A stretch of DNA of 64,000 nt from Microbotryum violaceum (taxonomy: Eukaryota). The first letter of the stretch is position 1, and each line of letters opens with the position of its first letter. The translations under genes were made by a program, and so were the position numbers. The stretch is from assembly GCA_001244265.2 (NCBI GenBank), contig CDLV01000018.1, forward strand, positions 682,001 to 746,000, read 5' to 3'. The notes below the pieces were generated by a model. The model saw only the letters and a program-made list of their open reading frames with translations, was not told the origin of the DNA and ran no database searches. Shown here piece by piece: positions 40,071 through 64,000 of this stretch.

Positions 40071-43000
40071 ACGCCCTCGAGATGATGCTGGTATCTCGAC
40101 TGCAGGACATTGAGTCTCGTCGGGTGCTGAGCCCCTTCGATATTATCGACTGGACGAACACCCACGACGCTCTCTCCAAGCTTGTGAACGAGCGAGCAAG
40201 GCAGTCCCGGATCAGGGCGCACGTTCCCGAGATTGCATCCGAGGAACGTCTCAGTCGTCCGGTACATGCCAAACTGGCTGCTCGGTCCCGCGATGTGAAG
40301 TTTCAGAGTATCCGGCTCGCTGATGGCGAGCTCACCACTGACATGGAGCGCACGCTCGAGCACACCCATTCTCATTTCCAGCAGCACTACCTTGTCGAAG
40401 CGAAGGATCCGGAACAGGTCGTGACGATGCGGGATGAGCTCTTGGGACCCATCAGATCAGCAAGACCTTGTGACGACCCGCTTTCCGACGCTCGCTTCCT
40501 TCGGCGGTTCTCGAATTCGCACGTCGACATTCTGGCCGAGCCCATCAGCGAGGCCGAGGTGCTCGCAGCGATTCGAACCACGCACGAAGGTCGATCTCCG
40601 GGTCCTTCAGGGGTCCCCTATGAGATGTATCGAGCCTGCCCCCTGCTTTGGGCCCCTCTCTTGACTCGAGCCTACAACGAGCTGATTACTCGAGGCTCCC
40701 TTACTCCACAACAGAGCCAGGCCAATGTGCGCCTCTTGTTCAAACACAACAAACCTGGTGCAGCGCGGTGCGACCTCAAATCGTATCGTCCGATCACCTT
40801 GCGGGAATGCGACTACAAGATCTTCACCAAGGTCTACGTGGCTCGTCTGAACCGGATCCTCCCCGATGTTCTTCCGGCCGGACAGCCTGGGTTCGTCAAG
40901 GGGCGAAGACCAGCGGACGCGGCTTTGCATCTGCGGCTCCTGATCGATGAGATTAGGGGTCGTGGGCAGAGTTCCCGACAGCAGCGCTCCTCTCCCTGGA
41001 TCAGAGCTCGGCTTACGACATGGTCGAGCACGATTGGGTCTTTGCGGTGTTTGAGGCTCTCGGCGCGCCGGAACCTTTCCAGCGCGTCTTGCGGATGCTC
41101 TACAACGGCGAGACGTCCACAGCGCGGTACATTGTCAACGGTTTCCTCACCGAGACGGTGCGACTCCTGTGCGGTCTTGGCCAGGGCGATCCTCTCTCTT
41201 CTTCTATCTGGGATGTGGTATTCCAACCCTTCCTTGATTCTCTCAGTCGACGCAACATTGCGCTGACTATCACTCTTCCGGAGCTGGCTCATCGTCCGCA
41301 GACTCGATGCATCACCAATTTGGCGTTCGCGGATGACGCCGTCGTCGCTGTTGCTGGGCCGGAAGCTATTGCTTCGCTCGAGGCGTTAGCTCGGGATTGG
41401 CGACTCGCGACGAACGGACGTCTGAACACCGACAAAACTGTGGTGATGCCATTGGGCGCGACGTTGTGGGATCGCGCGGACTTGTCCAAACTGTCGTTCG
41501 TGGCACCGGACGAGTCTCTTCCCTGGATCGGTCTCCAGTTTGCGCCTGACGGCAACAACAGGCTGGGATTCCATGATCTTGAGCGAAGGGTTGATCGAGT
41601 GATTCTATCGGTGCGCGACCGATGGATGACGCACCATACCCGGGCTTTCTATCTTAACCGCTACGGCATCTCCAAGGTGCTGCACTCTCTCTCCGCCGAC
41701 ATCCCGCCATCCGACGTGATCAAGTCGATCGAGCGCAAGCTTGCTGACTTTGTGAAGGGAGGCCCGCGGCGCAGCGACTACAAGCAATCGGTCGTCTTCA
41801 CGGCACGGGCACGAGGCGGTCTCAGCGTCGTGAGCATCCAGGATGTGGTGGATTCAGTCTCGGTACGGATCTGGGATGTGCTGGCCGGCGGGTCAACTGC
41901 GATTTGGGGCGATCTGGCTCGGAGTTCCATCCGGCGAGCGCTTCCGACCTTTGACTTTGCTGCGGATCTGTGGACGTGGAGGAACGCCGACGCACCCCGG
42001 GAGCTACATCCCCGCTGGCGAGCGGTGCTCTCGGTCGCTGAACGCTACCCTGCCGTCGTCGATCCTGCCAAACTTTCGGTCTCCAATCTTCTTTCTCTTT
42101 CCCCCCTCCAACCGGGTCTGCATGACTCGCGGGCGTTCTCGGAGCAGGATAAGCGTTTGGCGAAGCATTTCAGTTTCGAACGCACCATCGCTGACATCTA
42201 TGCTCGAGCTCAATACCCCGCAGCTCCAACGGTGCCCTGGACCCCTGAGAAGCATCCCCAAGGCGACGGCTCGGAGCTGTCCAACCTTTGGCAATGGAAG
42301 CGCGATCAAGTCCAGGCGTGGATCCAGGTCGCAGGCGATCGCTTCATCCCGCCGCTTCCGCCTCCTGTTCCCGTCCTCGCACGTCGACCACCCGTCATTC
42401 GTGTCGTTGGAGCACCTGGAGCCCGGGCCGGCGGTCCCCTCGAGCACATCTTGCCCAGAGCGACTCCGGTCGGCATGCCTGATCAAAGACTTCCCCTCCC
42501 CTCCGCCCCCTTGCTTGCTAATCAGTGGAGAATGTTGAGCTTGGACAGACCCTACACCATTGCGCGACTTCGACGCGTCATCAACCATCGACGTTTCGAC
42601 GACACACAACGCCCTGGATCACTCGCCACACCCAAAGAAAGGCGACTCTTCTGGGGTGGTTCCACACCGGGCCCGCCACGGCCCGCGAGCGCGAGGTGCA
42701 CTTCAAGCTGGCGTACCACTTCACGCCAACGCGGAAGCGCCAGTTTGTGCAGCGGCATGGCGACTCGGCCTGCTGCCTTGTGCAGGCATGCAGCCTGGCA
42801 GGGGTGGAGGATGACTTTACTCACTTTTGGCATGATTGCCCTGACTCTTCTCAATTTTGGCAAGCAGCTAGGTCCATTATCTGCGACGCGCTGGGGTCGT
42901 GTCGATCCTCGACCTCGACTACACGGCACTTCAGATCGAGCACGGCCTCCCTCGACTGCGCGCTCGCCTTCCGACGTCGAAAAAGCGTCCAATCCGCGCC

Positions 43001-44518
43001 TTCATTGCGCTGGCGCTCGACACTCTCAGCAACCGACGCTGGGATCTCCATCGCCACGCCAGAGCGATGTCGAGCATGGACAAGGAGATGGCGGGACTGA
43101 AGGAGAGGTTGGAGCTCAGATTGGCGCGATGAAGTAGATGTCCCTCCCTCCCTATCCAAGCAAAAACCAAACCCCCAAAAAATCACAAGTCCCTTTTCCC
43201 TCCTTCTCAATCTCCAAAATGTCTCCCAAACACGCCAGAATACTGAACCTGTTTTCTCTCGCTCTTTTTGCCATTCCTCCTCATAGGCTTCCGTACTCCC
43301 CAGGAGCCTCGGGTTCTTTGCGCCGGCGGGCATTGTCGCCCTTGGTTCGAGCTTCTGCCACATCACGATGACACACAGCGAAAACGGATCCCCTTGGCCC
43401 TCTCCTGGACTATACCGTGAGTTTTCCACTCCTCTCAAGGGCCGGGTCTGTCTTCTCTTTCGGTCGAGCGACCCCGTGATCTCCTGTTCAAGGCCGGCAC
43501 AAACTGCCTGCGTGGCTCGCCTCTCCTTGCTTTGCTGCTCGCTCGGAGTCGCGGCCCCGCGGCGGGTGACTCGGGTACCGAACCGCCATACACATCCACA
43601 CTCGAGCGAGGTCCCACCCAATGACATCACCGTCGTGGGCCTCATGCTCCTTCTTTCCCCAGTATCTGCGGTGATTGGGAACCACCTGCACGTACAAGGG
43701 GACTCGAGTGTGCGTTCCGAGATTGGGAGTACGCCGCAGGGAAGCGAGGCCCCTGCGGAAGGTATACCCCGCCCTTGTCTCCAGCCGCGCGCCGGTGTTG
43801 ACGGCCACCCGCCCGCGCTGCACCCGACCGAGGCGTGTCCAATGGACTGTCACATGCTCCGTGACTTTCCCCGGAAATCTCTGGATTGTGTGTTTTTGTG
43901 CGAAGTAGGCCTGTTTCGCAGTTGCAGTCATTGGAATGGGGGTGATCTGGGGTCGTGCGGTCGCGAGGGGGGCCGACTTGGTAACCGAAAAGGGGTTTGG
44001 AATCCGCGGTGGAGATCCAGCGCAGACGGGTACAAGGGGTATGTGATTGCTGCGGTCGCAGGGGGTTACATTCCCCCTTTGGACCACGTGAATCATTTGG
44101 ATTGAGCGGGATGTTTGTGCCATCGGAGGCCTTGTTCGACGCGTCTCAAAGAATTAAGGGGCTTCAAGGAGTATGGCGGTCTCAGGGGGGGCTGAAGTCA
44201 AAAGATCGAAGAAGGTTCAACTGTACGACTATAATCGGATTCGCCTGTACAACACATGTACCATCACCAACGACTCATCCATCTTTTCCCGATTCCTTGT
44301 GTATAATCTTCAACCTTCCTTTCATTCGTCTCTGGGAGGGAGCAACCGTGGGTGGGGGGACTTGAACTCGGATGTATCGGGTTGGTCTGTTCTGCTAGTT
44401 ACAACGCATCAAGCGGCGGTTGTGGTCATCATCGTGCATGCTGGGTAGCATCTCCTTTAGTTCCGTAGGGGGTTTTCTCGTCTTGCAAATTAGCGATGAG
44501 TTTCATACAAAAAAAAAA
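40071..44518 (+). mobile_element. LINE family A copy A3, 5'-truncated downstream of the endonuclease domain
   Basis: Near-identical to A2 from 17040 onward, with an empty site where copia copy 1 sits in A2; poly(A) at 44509-44518. Confidence 0.95.
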
Positions 44519-44520
44519 TA

Positions 44521-45163
44521 CCCCACCACCACTACACACACACACACACCAAATTCTCGTGACATTATTTTCTCCTACTGTACACTAAATAGATCGCTTT
44601 CATCTTTCATTTGTTACAGGTTCATCGTTGCGGATCATGGACCATCTCGCGATTTGGCGTCGACTCGGTGTGGCTCGCGCTCTTCGGCTTCGGGGTTCTG
44701 AGTCAAGGGAGGGATCAGCGGACACAGGCAGAAAGTCGGCTTTGAGGGGCCAGGGACTGCCGATGGGGAGGTTTTGAGGGACCTTCACCGCGTCTTGTTG
44801 TGACTGAGCAGAGACTTGGAGCGTCGAGGGTCGTGGTGGTTGCGCAGTCGTGCTCTTGTCTTCGTCTCGACCGAGTGGGAAGTGGCTGTGGGGTGGGCCT
44901 TCTGTCGTTAGTACATTTCTTTTCTTTCTTTTTTTCTCTTCATCTCTCTTTCTCTCTCTCATTAGTCTCCTGGGGGGGAGCAACCGCTTGGCTAGGGCAT
45001 TTGAATCCGAATCTCGGATTGGTGGACTTGGCTCGTTTCTCGCACTTTTGCGGGCGGTTTGTGTTATCATCGTAGTCTTCCATCTAGTTTTTCCGTAGGC
45101 CAAAACAGGGGGAACAGGAACTGGGGGCAATATGATGAACGTTTTCTACAAAAAAAAAAAAAA
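44521..45163 (+). mobile_element. LINE family C copy C4 (duplicate of C3)
   Basis: Same 5' junction as C3 (AAAATACCCCACCACCACTACAC). Confidence 0.92.
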
Positions 45164-47521
45164 CCTCGTCAAGCGAGAGTGGCGCTTGACGAGCCCTTCA
45201 CCCTCCTCGAGGTTGAAGCGGCGTTGAAGAAGACGGATTCGGGGCGATCACCGGGGCCCTCGGGCATTCCGTACGAGCTCTTCAAGGCGCTGCCAACCTA
45301 CTTTGCTCCCAAGCTGTTGGATTTATTCAACTCGATTTGGGAGGGGGGTAAAATGACGGCGTCCTTGGCAGAGGGGCTGGTGCGGCTTTTGCCCAAGAAC
45401 AAACCGGGGGCCAATCTGAAATCACTGGGGGCATATCGACCGATCACACTGCGCGAGACGACCTACAAGGTCCTCAGCAAGGTCTTGGTGGCGCGACTCA
45501 ATGGGGTGCTCGGCGAGCTTTTGCCGCCGGCGCAACACGGGTTCATGCCATCAAGACGTTCAGCGGACGCGGGAAGTCATCTCACTCTCCTTCTCGAAAA
45601 ACTCAAGTCGCTAGGCACTGAAGTTTTCCCCGAGGGCGCCCTCTTGTCCTTGGATCAGCAGAGCGCGTACGATCGGGTCGATCACGCATGGATCTTCGAC
45701 GTCTTCGAGGCCTTTGGCTTTGGTGAGCGTTTCATTTCCCTGCTGCGCGCTCTGTACGATCTCGAGACTCTGGGGGTGCGCTACCTCATCAATGGGTTCC
45801 CCACGGAGTTGGTGCGGTTGCTGTGTGGTCTCGGTCAGGGGGATCCCCTCTCGTGCCCGGTTTGGAACATCACGTTCCAGCCCTTCCTCGACGCCCTCGT
45901 TCGGCGCGGGATCGCGCTCGACCTGCAGAAGGTGTGGCCAGGGGGCCGCGTGCGCAGCTTACGCATCTGGCGTTTGCCGACGATGCTGTGGTGGTAGTGG
46001 AGTCACCGGCGGCATTGTCGAAGCTGGAAACGCTGTCGCAGACGTGGTACGAGGCAACCAACGGGAAGACCAACACGGACAAGACGCTGGTGCTACCACT
46101 CGGACCGAACTGGCTTCGGGACGAGACTGCGCAGGCGCTGCCAACGGTGCAGGAGGGGGAGAGCTTCAAGTGGTGCGGCTATGCCTTCTTTCGCCACGGT
46201 GACTCGAAACTGTTTTGGACCCATGTTCTTGACAGGATCAAGGCCAAGACCCGCGCCGCTGAAGACCGGACACTTTCGCCGAGTGGGAAGGTCTTCTATG
46301 CCAACGCTCACATCATCTCGACGGTCCTCCACGTGCTGTCCTTCGACATACCGCCTCAATGGTTCATTAAGGCGGCGGAGACAGCACTTACGGATTTTGT
46401 TTGGGGAGGAGCAGGGCGAAATACCGTCGCTCGCGATTTCGTGTTCCAGGCTCGGGAGGACGGTGGCTTGGGCTTGATTTCAATCGGCGACATCGTTCAT
46501 TCGGTGGCGCTTCGATTTTGGGATGCTGTGGCGGGCTCGAACGAGGCGATCTGGGCGCCCCTAGCTCGCGAGAGCTGGAGGTCCCTCGTCGCTGCGACCC
46601 GCGATTTCAGTCCGTGGGGTTCTTCAGCAGCACGGCTCGGGTCGAGAAGCTGTATCGCGACTCGACGCGCTGGGGGGCAGTCGTTGCAGCTGCCAGGGTC
46701 ACAGTTCCAACCATCAAGTCCGAACTCCTTACGCTCCCCGAATTGCTCTCGCTTCCGCCTCGCCTCCCTTCACTCTATGCTGAAGGTGCCAAGCACGCAT
46801 ATGACGATGCGGACGCAGTGGCGAAGTTTGCGCAGATCGCGGACCTGTACTGGAGGGACGAAGGGAAGGGCTGGGCTCTGGTTGGTCATCGACGCGGGTT
46901 CTGGCAGCACTCTAAGGAACCCGCCCTACAGCACGAGCACGTGTGGTCGCGCGTGGGTCAGTTGCTCAAGGCGAAAGCCTTGCTGCCCAAGACCGCGTTG
47001 CGACCTGCTCGGATACCTCTCAAGGAGGCTCCCCGTCCTCGGTGCTTCAACTTCTTTGGGCTCACCCGACCGTTCACTATTCGCAAGCTTCGTCGGCTTG
47101 TGAACGTGGTTCGGTTCCCAGGGAGGGAGGATCGTGTCAAGCGTTTCCGTGATGGGACTTCTCAGAGCGATAGGAAGCGCTTCTGGAGATGGCTTCATGA
47201 CCGGTTCGCGTCTGCTGTGGAGCAGGACACCCACTGGCGGCTCATGTACGACGTGACACCGACGCGCAAGAGGCAGCATACTCAGGGTCATGCCTCTTCG
47301 CCGACGTGTCTGTTCTGCGGCAACGATGCAGCGGTCATCGAGACGGTGTCGCACTATCCTCGAGTGCGCGTACTCGACCAGCTTCTGGGGTGGGGTGCTT
47401 CGCATTCTGTTCGACAAGCTGGGCATCGAGGATACCGACGTCGATCCGTCGACGTTCACTCCGGAGCAGCTGACTATGGGGCTCCCCCTTTTGCGGGATC
47501 GTGGGAGAACGACCTCGAAAT

Positions 47522-52291
<4,770 letters not shown>

Positions 52292-53601
52292 GAAATGGAT
52301 GTGGGTTCGGCTGGCTTGCGCGATCGGCTTCCAGCGGCTGCACCTGCTCCGCTGGCGCGTTCATCAGCGGTTCGAGCTGGACAAGGTCGTGGCCCCTCCC
52401 TCGCTCCCCAGTGCACTCAGAGCGTTTGAGCGAGATTTTCTCTCTCGAGCGGGTTTTGTGCCTGGGGCTCGAGATTGGGAGGTGTGATGACCGAGTTAAG
52501 TCCTTCCTTCCCATTTTCCTCCCCTCCTTTCCTCCCTTCTTTTTCGGAGGTCGACTCTTCTTTTAGAAGCTGACTGTCTTGAAACTTGTTGCGCAGTGGA
52601 AGGCTGTGCACCTCTCCCTCTCTCTCTCTACTTTGCGCAGTATGGGTTTTTTGTTCTTGAATGGATCGGCAAGCCAGGTCGATTGTCTTTGCGTTGGAGG
52701 CTTCGTGAAGTTTTTCCCTCTCCTTTCCCCCCTTTTTCCCTTCCCTTCCTCTTCTCGTTCCTGTTGCTCGGTTGTTGACTACGCTTCAGCCACTTCTCCT
52801 TTTACTCCTAAGCCGTGTGTTGGATTCCGTTGAATGGTTCGTTCGTTCGCGTTGGTCAAGATCTACGGCATGGCTCGGGAAGGAAGGTCGCTCGTTTCTG
52901 GTCAATATCCTCGCGTCAACGCGAGGCTCGTTTCGTTGTACTGGATCGCTTTTCTCTCGGCCCGACGGCTCAACAGCCAGCACTCGAGATTCAGCCAAGG
53001 GAGGACATCAGGCGCTGTCGGGGTGACGAGTAGCTGGGGCTTGGCTGCGGCCTGTTAGTCCCTGGGGACCTCTACCTCCGGCTTCGACCCCCTACCTTGG
53101 CCCCTCGGGTGTGTTCCCCTCCTCTCTGTCTTAGTATTCCTGGTTCTCCGTATCCCCAGTCGTGACTTTCTGTATATTCTCCCCTTCTTTCTCTAGGCGC
53201 TCTTGCCTGGCTTTCGAGTATCTTCGCTCCCGCTCTTGGGACGTGAAGCGGCAGCAGTACTCACCGCCCGTTGGAGTCCGCGTTAGGTGCTCGGCGGGTT
53301 TTGATCTGCGCAGCGCTCTTTGCGCGCAGGGGTTTGACTTTCACCCAACTGCTTGCCGTCGTTGCTTTATAACCTCCTTTAGCTCTTTTTGTAGCGGTCC
53401 CAGCCAACCCGAAGGATTGCAATTTATGAGCCCCAGTCAAAAAAAAAAAATTACGCCCTCGAGATGATGCTGGTATCTCGACTGCAGGACATTGAGTCTC
53501 GTCGGGTGCTGAGCCCCTTCGATATTATCGACTGGACGAACACCCACGACGCTCTCTCCAAGCTTGTGAACGAGCGAGCAAGGCAGTCCCGGATCAGGGC
53601 G

Positions 53602-58369
<4,768 letters not shown>

Positions 58370-61300
58370 GGGCGCACGTTCCCGAGATTGCATCCGAGGA
58401 ACGTCTCAGTCGTCCGGTACATGCCAAACTGGCTGCTCGGTCCCGCGATGTGAAGTTTCAGAGTATCCGGCTCGCTGATGGCGAGCTCACCACTGACATG
58501 GAGCGCACGCTCGAGCACACCCATTCTCATTTCCAGCAGCACTACCTTGTCGAAGCGAAGGATCCGGAACAGGTCGTGACGATGCGGGATGAGCTCTTGG
58601 GACCCATCAGATCAGCAAGACCTTGTGACGACCCGCTTTCCGACGCTCGCTTCCTTCGGCGGTTCTCGAATTCGCACGTCGACATTCTGGCCGAGCCCAT
58701 CAGCGAGGCCGAGGTGCTCGCAGCGATTCGAACCACGCACGAAGGTCGATCTCCGGGTCCTTCAGGGGTCCCCTATGAGATGTATCGAGCCTGCCCCCTG
58801 CTTTGGGCCCCTCTCTTGACTCGAGCCTACAACGAGCTGATTACTCGAGGCTCCCTTACTCCACAACAGAGCCAGGCCAATGTGCGCCTCTTGTTCAAAC
58901 ACAACAAACCTGGTGCAGCGCGGTGCGACCTCAAATCGTATCGTCCGATCACCTTGCGGGAATGCGACTACAAGATCTTCACCAAGGTCTACGTGGCTCG
59001 TCTGAACCGGATCCTCCCCGATGTTCTTCCGGCCGGACAGCCTGGGTTCGTCAAGGGGCGAAGACCAGCGGACGCGGCTTTGCATCTGCGGCTCCTGATC
59101 GATGAGATTAGGGGTCGTGGGGCAGAGTTCCCGACAGCAGCGCTCCTCTCCCTGGATCAGAGCTCGGCTTACGACATGGTCGAGCACGATTGGGTCTTTG
59201 CGGTGTTTGAGGCTCTCGGCGCGCCGGAACCTTTCCAGCGCGTCTTGCGGATGCTCTACAACGGCGAGACGTCCACAGCGCGGTACATTGTCAACGGTTT
59301 CCTCACCGAGACGGTGCGACTCCTGTGCGGTCTTGGCCAGGGCGATCCTCTCTCTTCTTCTATCTGGGATGTGGTATTCCAACCCTTCCTTGATTCTCTC
59401 AGTCGACGCAACATTGCGCTGACTATCACTCTTCCGGAGCTGGCTCATCGTCCGCAGACTCGATGCATCACCAATTTGGCGTTCGCGGATGACGCCGTCG
59501 TCGCTGTTGCTGGGCCGGAAGCTATTGCTTCGCTCGAGGCGTTAGCTCGGGATTGGCGACTCGCGACGAACGGACGTCTGAACACCGACAAAACTGTGGT
59601 GATGCCATTGGGCGCGACGTTGTGGGATCGCGCGGACTTGTCCAAACTGTCGTTCGTGGCACCGGACGAGTCTCTTCCCTGGATCGGTCTCCAGTTTGCG
59701 CCTGACGGCAACAACAGGCTGGGATTCCATGATCTTGAGCGAAGGGTTGATCGAGTGATTCTATCGGTGCGCGACCGATGGATGACGCACCATACCCGGG
59801 CTTTCTATCTTAACCGCTACGGCATCTCCAAGGTGCTGCACTCTCTCTCCGCCGACATCCCGCCATCCGACGTGATCAAGTCGATCGAGCGCAAGCTTGC
59901 TGACTTTGTGAAGGGAGGCCCGCGGCGCAGCGACTACAAGCAATCGGTCGTCTTCACGGCACGGGCACGAGGCGGTCTCAGCGTCGTGAGCATCCAGGAT
60001 GTGGTGGATTCAGTCTCGGTACGGATCTGGGATGTGCTGGCCGGCGGGTCAACTGCGATTTGGGGCGATCTGGCTCGGAGTTCCATCCGGCGAGCGCTTC
60101 CGACCTTTGACTTTGCTGCGGATCTGTGGACGTGGAGGAACGCCGACGCACCCCGGGAGCTACATCCCCGCTGGCGAGCGGTGCTCTCGGTCGCTGAACG
60201 CTACCCTGCCGTCGTCGATCCTGCCAAACTTTCGGTCTCCAATCTTCTTTCTCTTTCTCCCCCCTCCAACCGGGTCTGCATGACTCGCGGGCGTTCTCGG
60301 AGCAGGATAAGCGTTTGGCGAAGCATTTCAGTTTCGAACGCACCATCGCTGACATCTATGCTCGAGCTCAATACCCGCAGCTCCAACGGTGCCCTGGACC
60401 CTGAGAAGCATCCCCAAGGCGACGGCTCGGAGCTGTCCAACCTTTGGCAATGGAAGCGCGATCAAGTCCAGGCGTGGATCCAGGTCGCAGGCGATCGCTT
60501 CATCCCGCCGCTTCCGCCTCCTGTTCCCGTCCTCGCACGTCGACCACCCGTCATTCGTGTCGTTGGAGCACCTGGAGCCCGGGCCGGCGGTCCCCTCGAG
60601 CACATCTTGCCCAGAGCGACTCCGGTCGGCATGCCTGATCAAAGACTTCCCTCCCCTCCGCCCCCTTGCTTGCTAATCAGTGGAGAATGTTGAGCTTGGA
60701 CAGACCCTACACCATTGCGCGACTTCGACGCGTCATCAACCATCGACGTTTCGACGACACACAACGCCCTGGATCACTCGCCACACCCAAAGAAAGGCGA
60801 CTCTTCTGGGGTGGTTCCACACCGGGCCCGCCACGGCCGCGCGAGCGCGAGGTGCACTTCAAGCTGGCGTACCACTTCACGCCAACGCGGAAGCGCCAGT
60901 TTGTGCAGCGGCATGGCGACTCGGCCTGCTGCCTTGTGCAGGCATGCAGCCTGGCAGGGGTGGAGGATGACTTTACTCACTTTTGGCATGATTGCCCTGA
61001 CTCTTCTCAATTTTGGCAAGCAGCTAGGTCCATTATCTGCGACGCGCTGGGGTCGTGTCGATCCTCGACCTCGACTACACGGCACTTCAGATCGAGCACG
61101 GCCTCCCTCGACTGCGCGCTCGCCTTCCGACGTCGAAAAAGCGTCCAATCCGCGCCTTCATTGCGCTGGCGCTCGACACTCTCAGCAACCGACGCTGGGA
61201 TCTCCATCGCCACGCCAGAGCGATGTCGAGCATGGACAAGGAGATGGCGGGACTGAAGGAGAGGTTGGAGCTCAGATTGGCGCGATGAAGTAGATGTCCC

Positions 61301-62670
61301 TCCCTCCCTATCCAAGCAAAACCAAACCCCAAAAAATCACAAGTCCCTTTTCCCTCCTTCTCAATCTCCAAAATGTCTCCCAAACACGCCAGAATACTGA
61401 ACCTGTTTTCTCTCGCTCTTTTTGCCATTCCTCCTCATAGGCTTCCGTACTCCCAGGAGCCTCGGGTTCTTTGCGCCGGCGGGCATTGTCGCCCTTGGTT
61501 CGAGCTTCTGCCACATCACGATGACACACAGCGAAAACGGATCCCCTTGGCCCTCTCCTGGACTATACCGTGAGTTTTCCACTCCTCTCAAGGGCCGGGT
61601 CTGTCTTCTCTTTCGGTCGAGCGACCCCGTGATCTCCTGTTCAAGGCCGGCACAAACTGCCTGCGTGGCTCGCCTCTCCTTGCTTTGCTGCTCGCTCGGA
61701 GTCGCGGCCCCGCGGCGGGTGACTCGGGTACCGAACCGCCATACACATCCACACTCGAGCGAGGTCCCACCCAATGACATCACCGTCGTGGGCCTCATGC
61801 TCCTTCTTTCCCAGTATCTGCGGTGATTGGGAACCACCTGCACGTACAAGGGGCTCGAGTGTGCGTTCCGAGATTGGGAGTACGCCGCAGGGAAGCGAGG
61901 CCCCTGCGGAAGGTATACCCCGCCCTTGTCTCCAGCCGCGCGCCGGTGTTGACGGCCACCCGCCCGCGCTGCACCCGACCGAGGCGTGTCCAATGGACTG
62001 TCACATGCTCCGTGACTTTCCCCGGAAATCTCTGGATTGTGTGTTTTTGTGCGAAGTAGGCCTGTTTCGCAGTTGCAGTCATTGGAATGGGGGTGATCTG
62101 GGGTCGTGCGGTCGCGAGGGGGGGCCGACTTGGTAACCGAAAAGGGGTTTGGAATCCGCGGTGGAGATCCAGCGCAGACGGGTACAAGGGGTATGTGATT
62201 GCTGCGGTCGCAGGGGGTTACATTCCCCCTTTGGACCACGTGAATCATTTGGATTGAGCGGGATGTTTGTGCCATCGGAGGCCTTGTTCGACGCGTCTCA
62301 AAGAATTAAGGGGCTTCAAGGAGTATGGCGGTCTCAGGGGGGGCTGAAGTCAAAAGATCGAAGAAGGTTCAACTGTACGACTATAATCGGATTCGCCTGT
62401 ACAACACATGTACCATCACCAACGACTCATCCATCTTTTCCCGATTCCTTGTGTATAATCTTCAACCTTCCTTTCATTCGTCTCTGGGAGGGAGCAACCG
62501 TGGGTGGGGGGACTTGAACTCGGATGTATCGGGTTGGTCTGTTCTGCTAGTTACAACGCATCAAGCGGCGGTTGTGGTCATCATCGTGCATGCTGGGTAG
62601 CATCTCCTTTAGTTCCGTAGGGGTTTTCTCGTCTTGCAAATTAGCGATGAGTTTCATACAAAAAAAAAAT

Positions 62671-64000
62671 TGGCAGCACTCTAAGGAACCCGCCCTACAG
62701 CACGAGCACGTGTGGTCGCGCGTGGGTCAGTTGCTCAAGGCGAAAGCCTTGCTGCCCAAGACCGCGTTGCGACCTGCTCGGATACCTCTCAAGGAGGCTC
62801 CCCGTCCTCGGTGCTTCAACTTCTTTGGGCTCACCGCGACCGTTCACTATTCGCAAGCTTCGTCGGCTTGTGAACGTGGTTCGGTTCCCAGGGAGGGAGG
62901 ATCGTGTCAAGCGTTTCCGTGATGGGACTTCTCAGAGCGATAGGAAGCGCTTCTGGAGATGGCTTCATGACCGGTTCGCGTCTGCTGTGGAGCAGGACAC
63001 CCACTGGCGGCTCATGTACGACGTGACACCGACGCGCAAGAGGCAGCATACTCAGGGTCATGCCTCTTCGCCGACGTGTCTGTTCTGCGGCAACGATGCA
63101 GCGGTCATCGAGACGGTGTCGCACTATCCTCGAGTGCGCGTACTCGACCAGCTTCTGGGGTGGGGTGCTTCGCATTCTGTTCGACAAGCTGGGCATCGAG
63201 GATACCGACGTCGATCCGTCGACGTTCACTCCGGAGCAGCTGACTATGGGCTCCCCCTTTTGCGGGATCGTGGAGAACGACCTCGAAATGGATGTGGGTT
63301 CGGCTGGCTTGCGCGATCGGCTTCCAGCGGTTGCACTTGCTGCGCTGGCACGTCCACCAGCGGTTCGAGAAGGACCGCGTCGTGGCCCCTCCTCGATCCC
63401 CAGTGCACTTAGAGCGTTCAAGCGAGATTTTCTCTCTCGGAGGTTTTGTTCCTGGGCTCGAGATTGGGAGGTGTGATGACCGAGTTAAGTCCTTCCTTCC
63501 CATTTTCCTCCCCTCCTTTCCTCCTTCTTTTTCGGAGGTCGACTCTTCTTTTAGAAGCTGACTGTCTTGAAACTTGTTGCGCAGTGGAAGGCTGTGCACC
63601 TCTCCCTCTCTCTCTCTACTTTGCGCAGTATGGGTTTTTTGTTCTTGAATGGATCGGCAAGCCAGGTCGATTGTCTTTGCGTTGGAGGCTTCGTGAAGTT
63701 TTTCCCTCTCCTTTCCCCCCTTTTTCCCTTCCCTTCCTCTTCTCGTTCGTGTTGCTCGTTGTTGACTACGCTTCAGCCACTTCTCCTTTTACTCCTAAGC
63801 CGTGTGTTGGATTCCGTTGAATGGTTCGTTCGTTCGCGTTGGTCAAGATCTACGGCATGGCTCGGGAAGGAAGGTCGCTCGTTTCTGGTCAATATCCTCG
63901 CGTCAACGCGAGGCTCGTTTCGTTGTACTGGATCGCTCTCGGCCCCGACGGCTCAACAGCCAGCACTCGAGATTCAGCCAAGGGAGGACATCAGGCGCTG
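62671..64000 (+). mobile_element. LINE family B copy B3, independent 5' truncation, runs off the window end
   Basis: Matches 38293 onward, with a cluster of substitutions near 63330-63460. Confidence 0.92.

Overview
Eukaryotic genomic DNA, probably a basidiomycete fungus (short GT-AG introns; taxon is inferred). Bases 1-14.2 kb hold decayed mobile DNA (a probable LINE ORF1 5' end and a Helitron relic fused to a diverged copy of the neighbouring gene's 3' end), three spliced genes (a ~940-aa hypothetical protein, an RCC1/Pim1-type Ran GEF and RRP17/Nop25) and a tRNA-Gly(GCC) gene on the minus strand. About 62 bp upstream of that tRNA starts an unbroken head-to-tail array that runs off the end of the window. 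It contains at least 11 5'-truncated, poly(A)-tailed L1/Tx1-like non-LTR retrotransposons from three related families (order C-C-A-A-C-B-A-C-B-A-B), all with their 5' ends facing the tRNA. This looks like a tRNA-upstream-targeted LINE system resembling Dictyostelium TRE5. One C-B-A block was tandemly duplicated. Five near-identical, very compact Ty1/copia elements (half-tRNA-iMet primer site, 5-bp TSDs) sit inside the array, one nested inside another; the three in the duplicated block inserted after the duplication.
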